Shown here in pieces: positions 19,043 through 28,442 of a stretch of DNA of 64,000 nt (position 1 is its first letter; every line of letters starts with the position of its first letter). The stretch lies in IMG/VR virus record IMGVR_UViG_3300033144_006256, positions 1 to 64,000 of that record. One strand, 5' to 3'. The DNA is from a virus. The position numbers and the translations under genes are program-made. The notes beneath the pieces were generated by a model. That model was not told the origin of the DNA and did no database searches. It worked only from the letters and a program-made list of their open reading frames with translations.

Positions 19043-19122
19043 GCCCTTAATTTATTAAGGCAAGCTCTATGAAACGCTGATATCTTAGAAAGGATAATTC
19101 CGTGAGCATTCAATATAATTCA
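19007..19122 (+). ncRNA. Omega-RNA scaffold 2 plus predicted guide
   Basis: Stem GGGGTTG-CGGAA-CTGCCCC; loop complementary to TTCCG (19098-19102); GCGT-GGAG...GAA-ACGC core; terminal hairpin TATCTT-AGAA-AGGATA. Confidence 0.75.
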
Positions 19123-20364
19123 ACTGAATTAGAAAACGCAACTTATAATGCAGAATTTGTTAAACACGAAAGCACACCGAATAGAGAATTAAATATAATC
19201 CCGCATATTAAACAAACAGGTGGTATATTAGTTAATGAAAGATTCCCATATAAAACAATACCATTAAGGGGATATATAGTAGGTTCATCACAATCAGATT
19301 TAGATAGTAAAATTGATACACTTAAAAATTTATTTAATACAAGCGAAAAAAATTTAGATGTTAGCTGGGCAGGCGGGACAAGAAGATATGTAGCAACGCC
19401 AAGAAATTTTATATGCGATAGAAACCATTATAATGTTTCATCAGTTAATTTTAGTGTTGATTTTGTTGTGCCAAGTGGTGTAGGTAAAGCTACAAGTTTA
19501 ACCCCAGTTATAAATGCTTTGTCAGTAACATCAACGCCATACACTAACACTACTATGAATTTAAGTAGTGGTTCATCAAGAATACGCCCTTTGATAACAA
19601 TAACAACAAACAGTGGGACGATACACGGATATAAAGTAACTAATACAATAACTGGCGATTATTTTATCTTAACAAGAGGTGGAACTGGGTTAATCTCTGG
19701 ACGAACTATAGATTGCGATGCAAAAACGATAAATGGTGTTTATGATAATTTTATAGGTGATTTTTTAGATTATTCCCCATTGGCGAATAGGCGATTGAGA
19801 ATAGATGTTGGAGAAATATTAGATGAACATTTTGATAGTTATGAGTATGGTGTTGCTATATATAATGATGGTGCTAATGACATTGAAAGAGCCGTAAGTT
19901 TTAAAACAAAACATTCTGATGATACATATAGAAAAATGGCTTGTTTTATTAAAAAAACAGGGACACCAGTTGGGAACTTAAATTGGAGAATAGAAACTGA
20001 TAATAATGGAGAGCCATCAGGGACTTTAATCCACGCACAAGCGTATGGAGCAATATCTGCTGGAGAGGTAACAACAAGTCTTGATTGGGTAGAAGATTAT
20101 ACAAATAGCACATTTACTGGGATAAAAGCTAACACTACATATTGGTTAAGATTTGCCGCATCTGCATCTGGGGGTGATAGTTCAAATTGTTTTGTGATTG
20201 GGTATGGTGCTGAATATAGTAAGGGGACTGGTGCTACGACAGATGACGGTGGGACAACTTGGACAATATCAACTAAAGCATATCCATTTAGATTATATAT
20301 AGGTGGAGCAACACCTGGATTTAATTTTACTCTTGATCTTGATTATTATCCAACATATTTATGA
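19102..20364 (+). CDS. Distal tail (Dit-like) protein with an inserted beta-sandwich domain
   Basis: I.LRGYI...DLDSKIDTLK..F, RRYVA and FSVDF motifs; first structural gene after the tape measure. Confidence 0.6.
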   Translation: MSIQYNSTELENATYNAEFVKHESTPNRELNIIPHIKQTGGILVNERFPYKTIPLRGYIVGSSQSDLDSKIDTLKNLFNTSEKNLDVSWAGGTRRYVATPRNFICDRNHYNVSSVNFSVDFVVPSGVGKATSLTPVINALSVTSTPYTNTTMNLSSGSSRIRPLITITTNSGTIHGYKVTNTITGDYFILTRGGTGLISGRTIDCDAKTINGVYDNFIGDFLDYSPLANRRLRIDVGEILDEHFDSYEYGVAIYNDGANDIERAVSFKTKHSDDTYRKMACFIKKTGTPVGNLNWRIETDNNGEPSGTLIHAQAYGAISAGEVTTSLDWVEDYTNSTFTGIKANTTYWLRFAASASGGDSSNCFVIGYGAEYSKGTGATTDDGGTTWTISTKAYPFRLYIGGATPGFNFTLDLDYYPTYL

Positions 20365-21557
20365 AAACATTATTTTATAAAGTCAAAGATAGTTCTGGTG
20401 AAATCTTAAAAGATAGTAACGGCTATCCATATTTTTGGGACGATGTTACATTTAGCGGTTTTACTAAAAGAATAAATGCTGGGAATAGTGACTGCCAACT
20501 TATTTTAGCAAGAGCATTTGATAATTATGGCGAAGATGAAGATGTATCATTAGGGAATATTGTAGAAATTTATATAAACGATGAAGATGCTAAAAATTTG
20601 CTTATTTATTCAGGATATATTTCAACAATTCGTCCAATTACAGAAGGCGGAAAAGAAAAAGTAGATATACAATTATTAGGGCAACAAACCCGATTATCAA
20701 AAGCAGTTTTGAAAAATAGCACACAAACAACACTTTATACAGATACAACAGCAGGATTAACAACTGCTGCGGCTGGTTCAGTAGCGGATTTAGGACTTGT
20801 TATGAGAGCGATAATAACAAGGTGGCAAGCAGAAGAAACTAATCCGATTATTACAACAACAGCAGGGCAATGTAAAGATACAAACACAACAGAAACTTAT
20901 ACTTTTACATCAAGAACTTATTTAGATGCAATTAATACAGTAAAAGGATTATCACCATCAGCATTATGGTATTGGTATTTAGATGAAAATAATGTTTTCA
21001 ATTTTAGAAGTGATGCAATTACAGAACACACCTTTTATTTTGGCAAGCATCTTTCAAGTTTAAAGGTAGAAAAACGCATTGACACAATCGTTAATTTCGT
21101 GTTAATATACAATCGTGATACAGGTTCACCGATATACAGAATGTATACAGATAATAATTCAGTTAATCTATATGGGACACGAACATTAAAAATACAAAAT
21201 AAAAGTATTATAAACACAGATATTGCAGATAAAATAGGAAATAGAATTATAAATGAAATGAAAAATCCAGATGTTCGTGTTGAAATGGATATAATTGATA
21301 ATAATGAAAGCAGTGATGGATATGATATTGAAAGTATCCGTCCAGGCGATACTTTCAAATTGCGTGGCGTTAATGACGCTTTGGCAAATACAATTTACGA
21401 TGATATGCAAATTACAGAAGTTCAATATAGATTAGATGGGGCAAGGGTTATAGCAGAACCAGTAAAATCAGGGATTATTCAATCAATAGTGAATGTAAAT
21501 ACAAAACTAGATGAAATAGGGAGCGAAGGTGTAGGCACAACATACACCGCAGCGTAA
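20361..21557 (+). CDS. Baseplate hub/Tal-like tail protein
   Basis: WYWYLDENNVFNF, SVNLYG and IRPGDT motifs; follows the Dit-like gene. Confidence 0.6.
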   Translation: MKTLFYKVKDSSGEILKDSNGYPYFWDDVTFSGFTKRINAGNSDCQLILARAFDNYGEDEDVSLGNIVEIYINDEDAKNLLIYSGYISTIRPITEGGKEKVDIQLLGQQTRLSKAVLKNSTQTTLYTDTTAGLTTAAAGSVADLGLVMRAIITRWQAEETNPIITTTAGQCKDTNTTETYTFTSRTYLDAINTVKGLSPSALWYWYLDENNVFNFRSDAITEHTFYFGKHLSSLKVEKRIDTIVNFVLIYNRDTGSPIYRMYTDNNSVNLYGTRTLKIQNKSIINTDIADKIGNRIINEMKNPDVRVEMDIIDNNESSDGYDIESIRPGDTFKLRGVNDALANTIYDDMQITEVQYRLDGARVIAEPVKSGIIQSIVNVNTKLDEIGSEGVGTTYTAA

Positions 21558-21558
21558 A

Positions 21559-22032
21559 ATGGAAAGTGATATTATAAAAGCAATAGATAAATTAAAAGAA
21601 AGCAACGAAAAATTAATTTCAGTTGCATATAATCAAGGGTTTAAATCATACGGAGAACATATTAAACCAGCAGAAGAAACAAAGATAGAACTTAATAAAT
21701 TAAATGTAGAAGTATCAACTATGAAAGATTATATGAAAGCCATTGATAAAAAAATGGAAAACCACGATGAAGTATTAGATAAAATACATAACGAATTGAA
21801 AGATTTTATAAATAATGCTAATATAAAATTTGAACAAAAAGATTTAAACAGAAACGAACATAAAGAATTAAGGGTTAGCTTAGAAGAATATAAAGATAAA
21901 GCAGAAAGCAAGTTTGCTTCTAAAGGTATTGAAGATATGCTAACATCAATAAATAGGAAAGTTTGGATAACAATTATTATTTTTATATTAAGCACTTGTG
22001 CATTTGTGGCAGTAAAATTTGGGTTATTATAG
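21559..22032 (+). CDS. Coiled-coil protein with C-terminal transmembrane helix (holin/lysis accessory-like)
   Basis: Heptad-rich body, hydrophobic C-terminus, upstream of the amidase. Confidence 0.45.
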   Translation: MESDIIKAIDKLKESNEKLISVAYNQGFKSYGEHIKPAEETKIELNKLNVEVSTMKDYMKAIDKKMENHDEVLDKIHNELKDFINNANIKFEQKDLNRNEHKELRVSLEEYKDKAESKFASKGIEDMLTSINRKVWITIIIFILSTCAFVAVKFGLL

Positions 22033-22203
22033 TTCAATTTTTTACAACTAAACAAAAGTATATCGTTAACGGTTATCTTTATGCGTAAATGCGTATAAAA
22101 GCGTATTATTTGAAACATAAAGGTAATTATGCTATCTCAGATTATATGTAAATTGCAATTTATATATAACTTTGCTTAGTTTTAAGTAATTAAAAAAATA
22201 TTG

Positions 22204-22423
22204 TAGTTTTTAACAACTTAGCGAATGACATTCTGAAAGAAGAATAGGGCAACCAACGCCCGAACTATTAAAACAATTCCGCATAGTTAGTTTATAGCTT
22301 TTATCAAGTATCCAAGCCATTCGTTTGGTTTGGGATTATATACTTAGATAGAACACGCAAGTGGGAAGATAATGCGAGCAACTGCTGTAAGTGTTGCATT
22401 TTTCGCTAAGTTGTTAAAAACTA
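22204..22423. repeat. 22-bp perfect inverted repeat enclosing ~176 nt of non-coding DNA
   Basis: TAGTTTTTAACAACTTAGCGAA (22204-22225) / TTCGCTAAGTTGTTAAAAACTA (22402-22423). Confidence 0.85.
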
Positions 22424-22445
22424 TAACAGGTTATAAGATAAAACA

Positions 22446-23111
22446 ATGATTACATATTTTAATTGTGCGGGACATAATAAAAAATCAGTAGGGGCGGCAT
22501 ATTTTAATACAACAGAAGAACGGCAAACAAGAGAAACAAGAGATGAAGTATCAACTAACCTTTTACCATATAATATAAATGTAGTAAAAGATAATGATGA
22601 TTTTTCATTAACTGATACTATTAAATGGATAAATAAAAATTGTAAATCTGGCGATATTGCGATTGAAATTCATTTTAACGCTTCTAAAAAACATAATGCA
22701 AGGGGTGTAGAAGGTTGGGTATATACTGGAAATGCTAAAATTGGTTTATTATGCCGTAATATAGTTAAAAGAATTAGCGATTATACAGGTATGAAAAATA
22801 GGGGAGTTAAATATAGTGATAAGTATGCTTTTATAAGAGATACTAAATGTGATGCTATAATTCTTGAATGTGGATTTTTAGATAGTGAATTTGATGCAAA
22901 GATAATTCTTGATCCGAATAACGATGATTTGATTTCTAAGGCGATTTCAGATGAAATGGTATCTTATATGGGGTTATCGCTTAAAACCCCGCAGAACGCA
23001 GATTTGAGCGAACCAGAGCAACTTGATGATGAAGATTTTGAAGAACTTGATGAAAAACTTGATGAAATTTTATATGATTTAGATGAAATTATCAAAATAT
23101 TAAGCAAATAA
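22446..23111 (+). CDS. N-acetylmuramoyl-L-alanine amidase (Amidase_3) endolysin
   Basis: Zinc/catalytic motifs AGH, E, IEIHFNA, ILECGF. Confidence 0.9.
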   Translation: MITYFNCAGHNKKSVGAAYFNTTEERQTRETRDEVSTNLLPYNINVVKDNDDFSLTDTIKWINKNCKSGDIAIEIHFNASKKHNARGVEGWVYTGNAKIGLLCRNIVKRISDYTGMKNRGVKYSDKYAFIRDTKCDAIILECGFLDSEFDAKIILDPNNDDLISKAISDEMVSYMGLSLKTPQNADLSEPEQLDDEDFEELDEKLDEILYDLDEIIKILSK

Positions 23112-23426
23112 CATAAAAACTTATTAGTATATTCAAAAGATATTTTCGCAAAGATATGAATAAGCGTATATGTTATTAAGGGAAAATTTATTTGTAAGCG
23201 TATTTTCATACCTGCAATAATTATAGCATTCGTTATACCTCCGCTTCTATCGTATTATTTAACAAAAAATAATACCTTAAAAGAAAATAAAATACTTATA
23301 GAAGAAATTGATGAAGAAATAATCGGTGGATCTGATTATACTTTATTTGAATATACAATACCACCTAAGTCTAAACCAAAAAAAATAACATCATCTAAAA
23401 AAAGAAATGTTATTGCTAGTGAAAGT

Positions 23427-23777
23427 TTGGGCTTTTTTATTTGCCCTGCTACTGGAATATCTTGGGGAAAGTATCACGGAAGAAATGCTGTTGATATAGC
23501 GAATGCTAGTGGAGGAAATATTATAGCTTCTGCTTCTGGCATCATCACCAAAGTTGGCAAAGGCTATAATGGCGGTTTGGGCAACTATGTTATAATTGCC
23601 CACTCAGAGGGCGTAGAAACTCTGTATGCACACTTATCGGCTATTTATATATTTGAGGGTCAAGAAATTCAACAGGGGGCAATTCTGGGGCTTATGGGGG
23701 CTACTGGACACTGTATACCCGCAGGAGCTGTTCATCTTCATTGGGAAGTTCACGGAGCTGATAATCCTTTAAACTAA
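23427..23777 (+). CDS. M23 family peptidase; reading frame is open upstream to 23160 and includes a TM segment
   Basis: HxxxxVD, GNYVIIAH, YAHL and HLHWEV motifs. Confidence 0.9.
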   Translation: MGFFICPATGISWGKYHGRNAVDIANASGGNIIASASGIITKVGKGYNGGLGNYVIIAHSEGVETLYAHLSAIYIFEGQEIQQGAILGLMGATGHCIPAGAVHLHWEVHGADNPLN

Positions 23778-24427
23778 GATTTCAAAAAGTTCTTTTTTAA
23801 AATCATATTTTCTATAATCTATATAACCGCATTTATCACATTCAAAGTAGTGACCCCAATTGCTGTTATCTATAAGCGGATTTCTAATTGCAAAAGGGTT
23901 TTTACCAATTTCATTATTACAATGTAAGCATTTCATATTTTTTATTTAAAATCGTTTATTATATTTTTAAAACTTTCCCAAAAAGTATGTTCGCTATAAG
24001 TATAATATCCAAAAGCCATTAAAAGGATAAAAGGTAATCCTAGTGTTATTGCAAAAATAAATATAAGTTTTCTATACAGTTTTTCCATTTTATTTTATTA
24101 AACTTATTACAAATTATATTCTAATCCTGATTTATCCCATAAACTTTTCAATTCTTTATCTTTTAATTTTGAAAATAAACATAAACTTCTAAACCCTAGT
24201 GCTTCATTTAATAAATTTTTATCCATTTCTGTTGCTGTATTATTTTTAACATTAAATAATCTAGCTGAACCATTTATATTTATTGCTTCTAATATTTTTA
24301 TTCTTGTTTTACTTAATATTTTCATATTATTTTATTATACTTATTACACAAGCAAACCATAATCCCCATATACCAACAAAAAAATAAACTTTTAAGATAG
24401 TTAGCTTAGGATTTTTCCACTTGGATT

Positions 24428-24703
24428 TCATAAATATTCTACTACTTTAATCCCCAGTTTTTTACAAAGTTTTTTAAAATCATTTTTCCCATTATAATAT
24501 TGATAAAAGATTATTGAAACATCATCTGATTTTCCTTTATAATATCTATCCACAAAATAAGCAAATCCGCATTCTTTTTTATCTATTAAACCGCAGATAT
24601 TATCCATATCACCAATATTTTTTCCTTCATAAGGGCAGAACCTTTTTACCTTTAAAGGAATTTCTATTACAAGATTATTGTTTTTTACAGATATTTTTTC
24701 CAT
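24428..24703 (-). CDS. Hypothetical protein
   Basis: ORF coupled to the upstream methyltransferase in a short minus-strand operon. Confidence 0.55.
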   Translation of the reverse strand: MEKISVKNNNLVIEIPLKVKRFCPYEGKNIGDMDNICGLIDKKECGFAYFVDRYYKGKSDDVSIIFYQYYNGKNDFKKLCKKLGIKVVEYL

Positions 24704-25368
24704 TATAATATTCTTTTATTTGCTATATTACAATAATTTTTACTTAATTCTATCCCTATAAATTTCCTATTAAATTGTTTTGCAATTTTTAATATAGTCC
24801 CACTACCACAGAAAGGATCAATTATTAAATCATTTTCTTCTGTTGTCGATAATATTATTCTTTTTGCAATTTCTTCAGGAATTGGACAGCTATGATTATT
24901 ATTCTTTTTACTAACATTTTTAATTTGATTTACTTTCCACCAATCGTAACTTCTACAAGTTTTTCCTTCTGCAATTCTTTTTTTTATTCTTTTATCATTA
25001 GGATTTTTATATTCTTGAGGTATTTTTCTAAAATCTGGTTTGCAATTCCACCAAGTTATAATCCTATGTTGTTTTGCTGTATTGCTATTATATACCCAAC
25101 TTACAGATTGTTGGCATAAACCCAAATCAAGTGTTGCTAAAATATTTATTGTTTCTTCTGGATAATGAATTATTATTGATTTTTTATTTGAAAAAACATT
25201 ATATAATAAATCCCTATATTCATCTACATCTAAATTATCAGTGTAATTATCATAATGATATTTTTGGTTATAAGGTGGATCGCTTATAAAAAATGCTTTA
25301 GATAATATTTTATTATCAATATTATCTAAAATTTCTAAACAGTCACCTTGTATAATTTTATTTTCCAT
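24703..25368 (-). CDS. N6/N4 DNA methyltransferase (beta class); likely start at MENKIIQGD
   Basis: IIQGDCLE, DPPY, H.CPIPE and DPFCGSGT motifs. Confidence 0.9.
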   Translation of the reverse strand: MENKIIQGDCLEILDNIDNKILSKAFFISDPPYNQKYHYDNYTDNLDVDEYRDLLYNVFSNKKSIIIHYPEETINILATLDLGLCQQSVSWVYNSNTAKQHRIITWWNCKPDFRKIPQEYKNPNDKRIKKRIAEGKTCRSYDWWKVNQIKNVSKKNNNHSCPIPEEIAKRIILSTTEENDLIIDPFCGSGTILKIAKQFNRKFIGIELSKNYCNIANKRIL

Positions 25369-25463
25369 TTTGTTTTCACAACAAGTTATAGTTATTTTTC
25401 CAAAGAATGCCACTAGCGATTGATGAACTAATGGCATTTTCAAGAAATACAACTTATATTTTT

Positions 25464-25557
25464 ATTATAGCAGATATTTAAAAAATGTCAAGCGACCATA
25501 TAACCATTATAACTTTAAAAACAAGGATTTGACATTTTTAGTAGTATGAATTATAAT
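25464..25557. promoter_or_regulatory. Divergent sigma70-type promoter pair
   Basis: Minus strand TTGACA(25491-25486)-16-TATAAT with extended TG; plus strand TTGACA(25529)-17-TATAAT(25552). Confidence 0.75.
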
Positions 25558-25562
25558 ATAGT

Positions 25563-25672
25563 TAATGTATAGGGAAGATAGTTATAAAATTGATAACAGT
25601 TTTATAATCCGAGAAATCGGTGAAAACTTTTCTATACATTGCATTTAACACCCGTAAGGGTGTTTTTTGCTT
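25563..25672 (+). ncRNA. Putative structured small RNA, copy 1 (multi-stem junction plus terminator)
   Basis: Follows a promoter; stems AATGTATAGGGAAG/CTTTTCTATACATT and CCGA-GAAA-TCGG; terminator ACACCC-GTAA-GGGTGT-T5; homolog on the minus strand near 49.8 kb. Confidence 0.6.
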
Positions 25673-26293
25673 GTTGAATAATGCGAATTATGTTCAACAA
25701 AAATACAATTATGTTTTTTGATATAAAAAGTTTTCGCTATATCGGAGTAGGCGTACGAAACTGACGAGTGTTTAGCCAGTTAAGTTTTCTGGTGAATTAA
25801 AAAAACGATATTTCTTAATTACCTAGTGACTGGGTTAAGAAATAATGATAAGCGATTAAAATTAAATAACAAATATTCTAATTAAAAGGATTTTATATCG
25901 CCACCAATGCTTCTGTGTGCTTGTTATGTAGCTACAGATAACCGTCACGAAAAGGGTGCTGGGGTGCGGATCCTCTAAATATCCGCCACTTCTTGAAGAA
26001 TAAATTTTTAATATTCTAACGCACAAAATCTAAACATCCCTTTTTATATCAACATTCATATAAATATCCAATTTATTAATTCCATTTCAAAAGCGGGATA
26101 ACTACAACAATTTTTGAAGAATAAATTATAAAGAAATAATATTAAACAAGTAAGAATAAAAAGAAATAAAAAAAAGAAAAAAACCGCTTGCGATAGCAAG
26201 CCACGAAGCGTAGCGAAGTGTGTATCGGAAATAAAAAATAAAAAACAAAATATTAAATAATAGTAATAATTTTAAAAAAAGATAATACAACAC

Positions 26294-26321
26294 TTGACAT
26301 TTTTCCTATATCTGTTATAAT
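26294..26321 (+). promoter_or_regulatory. Early promoter
   Basis: TTGACA-16-TATAAT with extended TG. Confidence 0.75.
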
Positions 26322-26351
26322 AAAGATATAATAAATTAAAGGAACAAAAAT

Positions 26352-26915
26352 ATGTCTAAAATAACAATATCTATAATAAAAAGTTTTATTAAAAAGAACT
26401 TTAAAAAAATATACATAAAAATAACAAGTAATTTTGATACTAATGATGATTGCTTAATTGGGTTTAAAGATAGCGAATTTAATATTATGGCAGAAAGCAT
26501 AAGATACCCTAAAAATACATTGGGGATAGAAGGTGCTTGGTTTATAGGAAACAGCAGGGATTATTTTGAAAAATATGAAGATGATGAATTTACTGGATAT
26601 ACAGTTAGTAATTGTTGCGGTTCATTTATAATAGCAATTAAAAAACCAACAGATAAAAATATATTAGATGATTATATACAATTAAAAACTAATTTTTATG
26701 GTAAAAAGTTTTCAATATACCAGTTATTCTTAAATGAATTTCGGGGGAAAGATAAAAAATTTAGTGAACTTACAGATATACCAGCAGATTTAATACCTTG
26801 CCTAGCAATATTTAATGATAATAAAATACAATTATGGTTTCATCTTAACAATGGGGCAACAGTAAAAGAATATTTAACAAATAAATTTTTAAATAAAGAA
26901 TTTGGAAGGAAATAA
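26352..26915 (+). CDS. Hypothetical early protein
   Basis: ORF directly after a promoter and AAGGA RBS. Confidence 0.6.
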   Translation: MSKITISIIKSFIKKNFKKIYIKITSNFDTNDDCLIGFKDSEFNIMAESIRYPKNTLGIEGAWFIGNSRDYFEKYEDDEFTGYTVSNCCGSFIIAIKKPTDKNILDDYIQLKTNFYGKKFSIYQLFLNEFRGKDKKFSELTDIPADLIPCLAIFNDNKIQLWFHLNNGATVKEYLTNKFLNKEFGRK

Positions 26916-27687
26916 AAATATGAAATTTAATTTAAAAGAAGAATATAAGGAAGCAGATTTAACTAATATAGAAACACTTAAACAAATAGTTATAAATAAA
27001 TTTAAAGAATATAAGTTGCCTTTAAACAAGATTATAAAGAAAGATGATGGAATGTTTATTTATGGTAAATATTGCACAGAACATTGCAGAATAGTAAGAA
27101 AATTAGTTAAAGAAATATCTAATAATGAATATTTATACGAAAGAAAAAAGAAATATTATAATTGCAATTTTATTGGTACAGAAAATTTAGAAGAATTTCA
27201 AAATATACTTGAAATGATAATTAGTGAAAATTTAAGAAGAAAGGAATTTAAATTATATGAAAAAATATAAAAAAACTATGAAAAAATTTGGTTTCATAAT
27301 AGGTGTAAATGGTTTTCCAATTGATGTACAAGAAACTACGGAGAAAAAAGCTTTATTAAAATTTATAGATAAATATTATAAAAGGTTAGAAGATGAAAAT
27401 TTTATATTTAGTTGTTTGGGGGAAATGGTTAAATAGATATAATAAATTAAGAAATTAAAAATATGATTGATACAAACATTATATTACAAAAAGAAATAAA
27501 CAATGCACTTATTGAAAGTAATAAAATTACTGCTAAACTTCAAACAAGTATATTAGAAGATATAGAAAAAATTAAAAAGCGATTAGATAAATTAGAAAAA
27601 AGGATAAAATAAAAATATGAATTATAAAGATGAATTAAAATTTCAAGAAATATTAAATAGATTATATGTTAAAGATGAAACAAAAAA

Positions 27688-28368
27688 ATGAAAAAATCTT
27701 GGAAATATTCATCACCAAATGGCAAGGAAGTTTGGAAAGAACTTGAAAAAATATCTAATGTTGGATATTCAAATTTCTTTACTGATTGGCTTGATTTAAT
27801 ATTAGCATCGCTTCTTTCTTTAACTGATAATTTAAAAAGGGATAATATTAAAGAAAAACTACTTAATAATAAACTTGATGGCATATACGAAGAAAGATAT
27901 TTGCAAATCGCCAATAAATATAAAAGCGAAAAAGAAATAGGAAATCGTCCAATAGATTTTTTTGCAAATGCTTGGAACAAACTTTTTAAAGAAACATTAG
28001 AAAAACAAAAAGATATTTTAGGTGATATTTATCAGGGCAGAATAACAATGGGAGAAGCAGGACAGTTTTTTACGCCAGAACATATCACAGAAGCGATGGC
28101 AGAAATGCAAATAACAGAAGATAATAAAAATATAATCGATCCGTGTTGCGGTAGCGGAAGATTTTTAATATCAGCTAATAAGAAGAATAAAAACTGTTAT
28201 CTTAATGGTATTGATATTGATAATAGATGTGCCAAAATGTGTGCTATAAATATGTGGATATTTGATTGCAATGCAACAGTTAGACAAGGCAATCCTTTAA
28301 CAAATGAATTTTACAATCAATGTGATATACGAAAAGGCTGGTTTATTTATGAACGAATTTTAGCTTAA
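27688..28368 (+). CDS. N6 DNA methyltransferase-like protein (HsdM-type SAM-binding half, no NPPY motif)
   Basis: DILGDIY, GQFFTP and DPCCGSGRFL motifs; ends before any catalytic motif IV. Confidence 0.75.
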   Translation: MKKSWKYSSPNGKEVWKELEKISNVGYSNFFTDWLDLILASLLSLTDNLKRDNIKEKLLNNKLDGIYEERYLQIANKYKSEKEIGNRPIDFFANAWNKLFKETLEKQKDILGDIYQGRITMGEAGQFFTPEHITEAMAEMQITEDNKNIIDPCCGSGRFLISANKKNKNCYLNGIDIDNRCAKMCAINMWIFDCNATVRQGNPLTNEFYNQCDIRKGWFIYERILA

Positions 28369-28386
28369 CAAAGCGGGAAGATAAAG

Positions 28387-28442
28387 TTATCCACTTTTAT
28401 CCACCTTTGAACGCTTGACATTTATTCTACATCTGCTATAAT
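28387..28442 (+). promoter_or_regulatory. Early promoter preceded by two DnaA-box-like sites
   Basis: TTATCCACT and TTATCCACC (8/9 match to TTATCCACA), then TTGACA(28415)-16-TATAAT. Confidence 0.65.

Larger units (their letters stand above)
17882..19114 (+). mobile_element. tnpB/omega-RNA cassette 2 (no tnpA), flanked by a duplication of the start of the distal tail gene
   Basis: TGAGCATTCAAT at 17870-17881 (relic ATG 17869 overlaps the tape measure stop) and at 19103-19114. Confidence 0.8.

Noticed and set aside
14075-19114. tnpB loci as ordinary IS605/IS1341 insertions with TAM TTGAC, or as IStrons
   Set aside because: TTGAC is part of a correctly spaced -35 box inside the cassette; IS200/IS605 do not make 12-bp duplications; only ~35 nt lie upstream of tnpB, too little for a left end plus group I intron core.
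25745-25775. Hammerhead-like words GAAA and CTGACGAG
   Set aside because: They are directly adjacent, with no room for the required stems and cleavage triplet.
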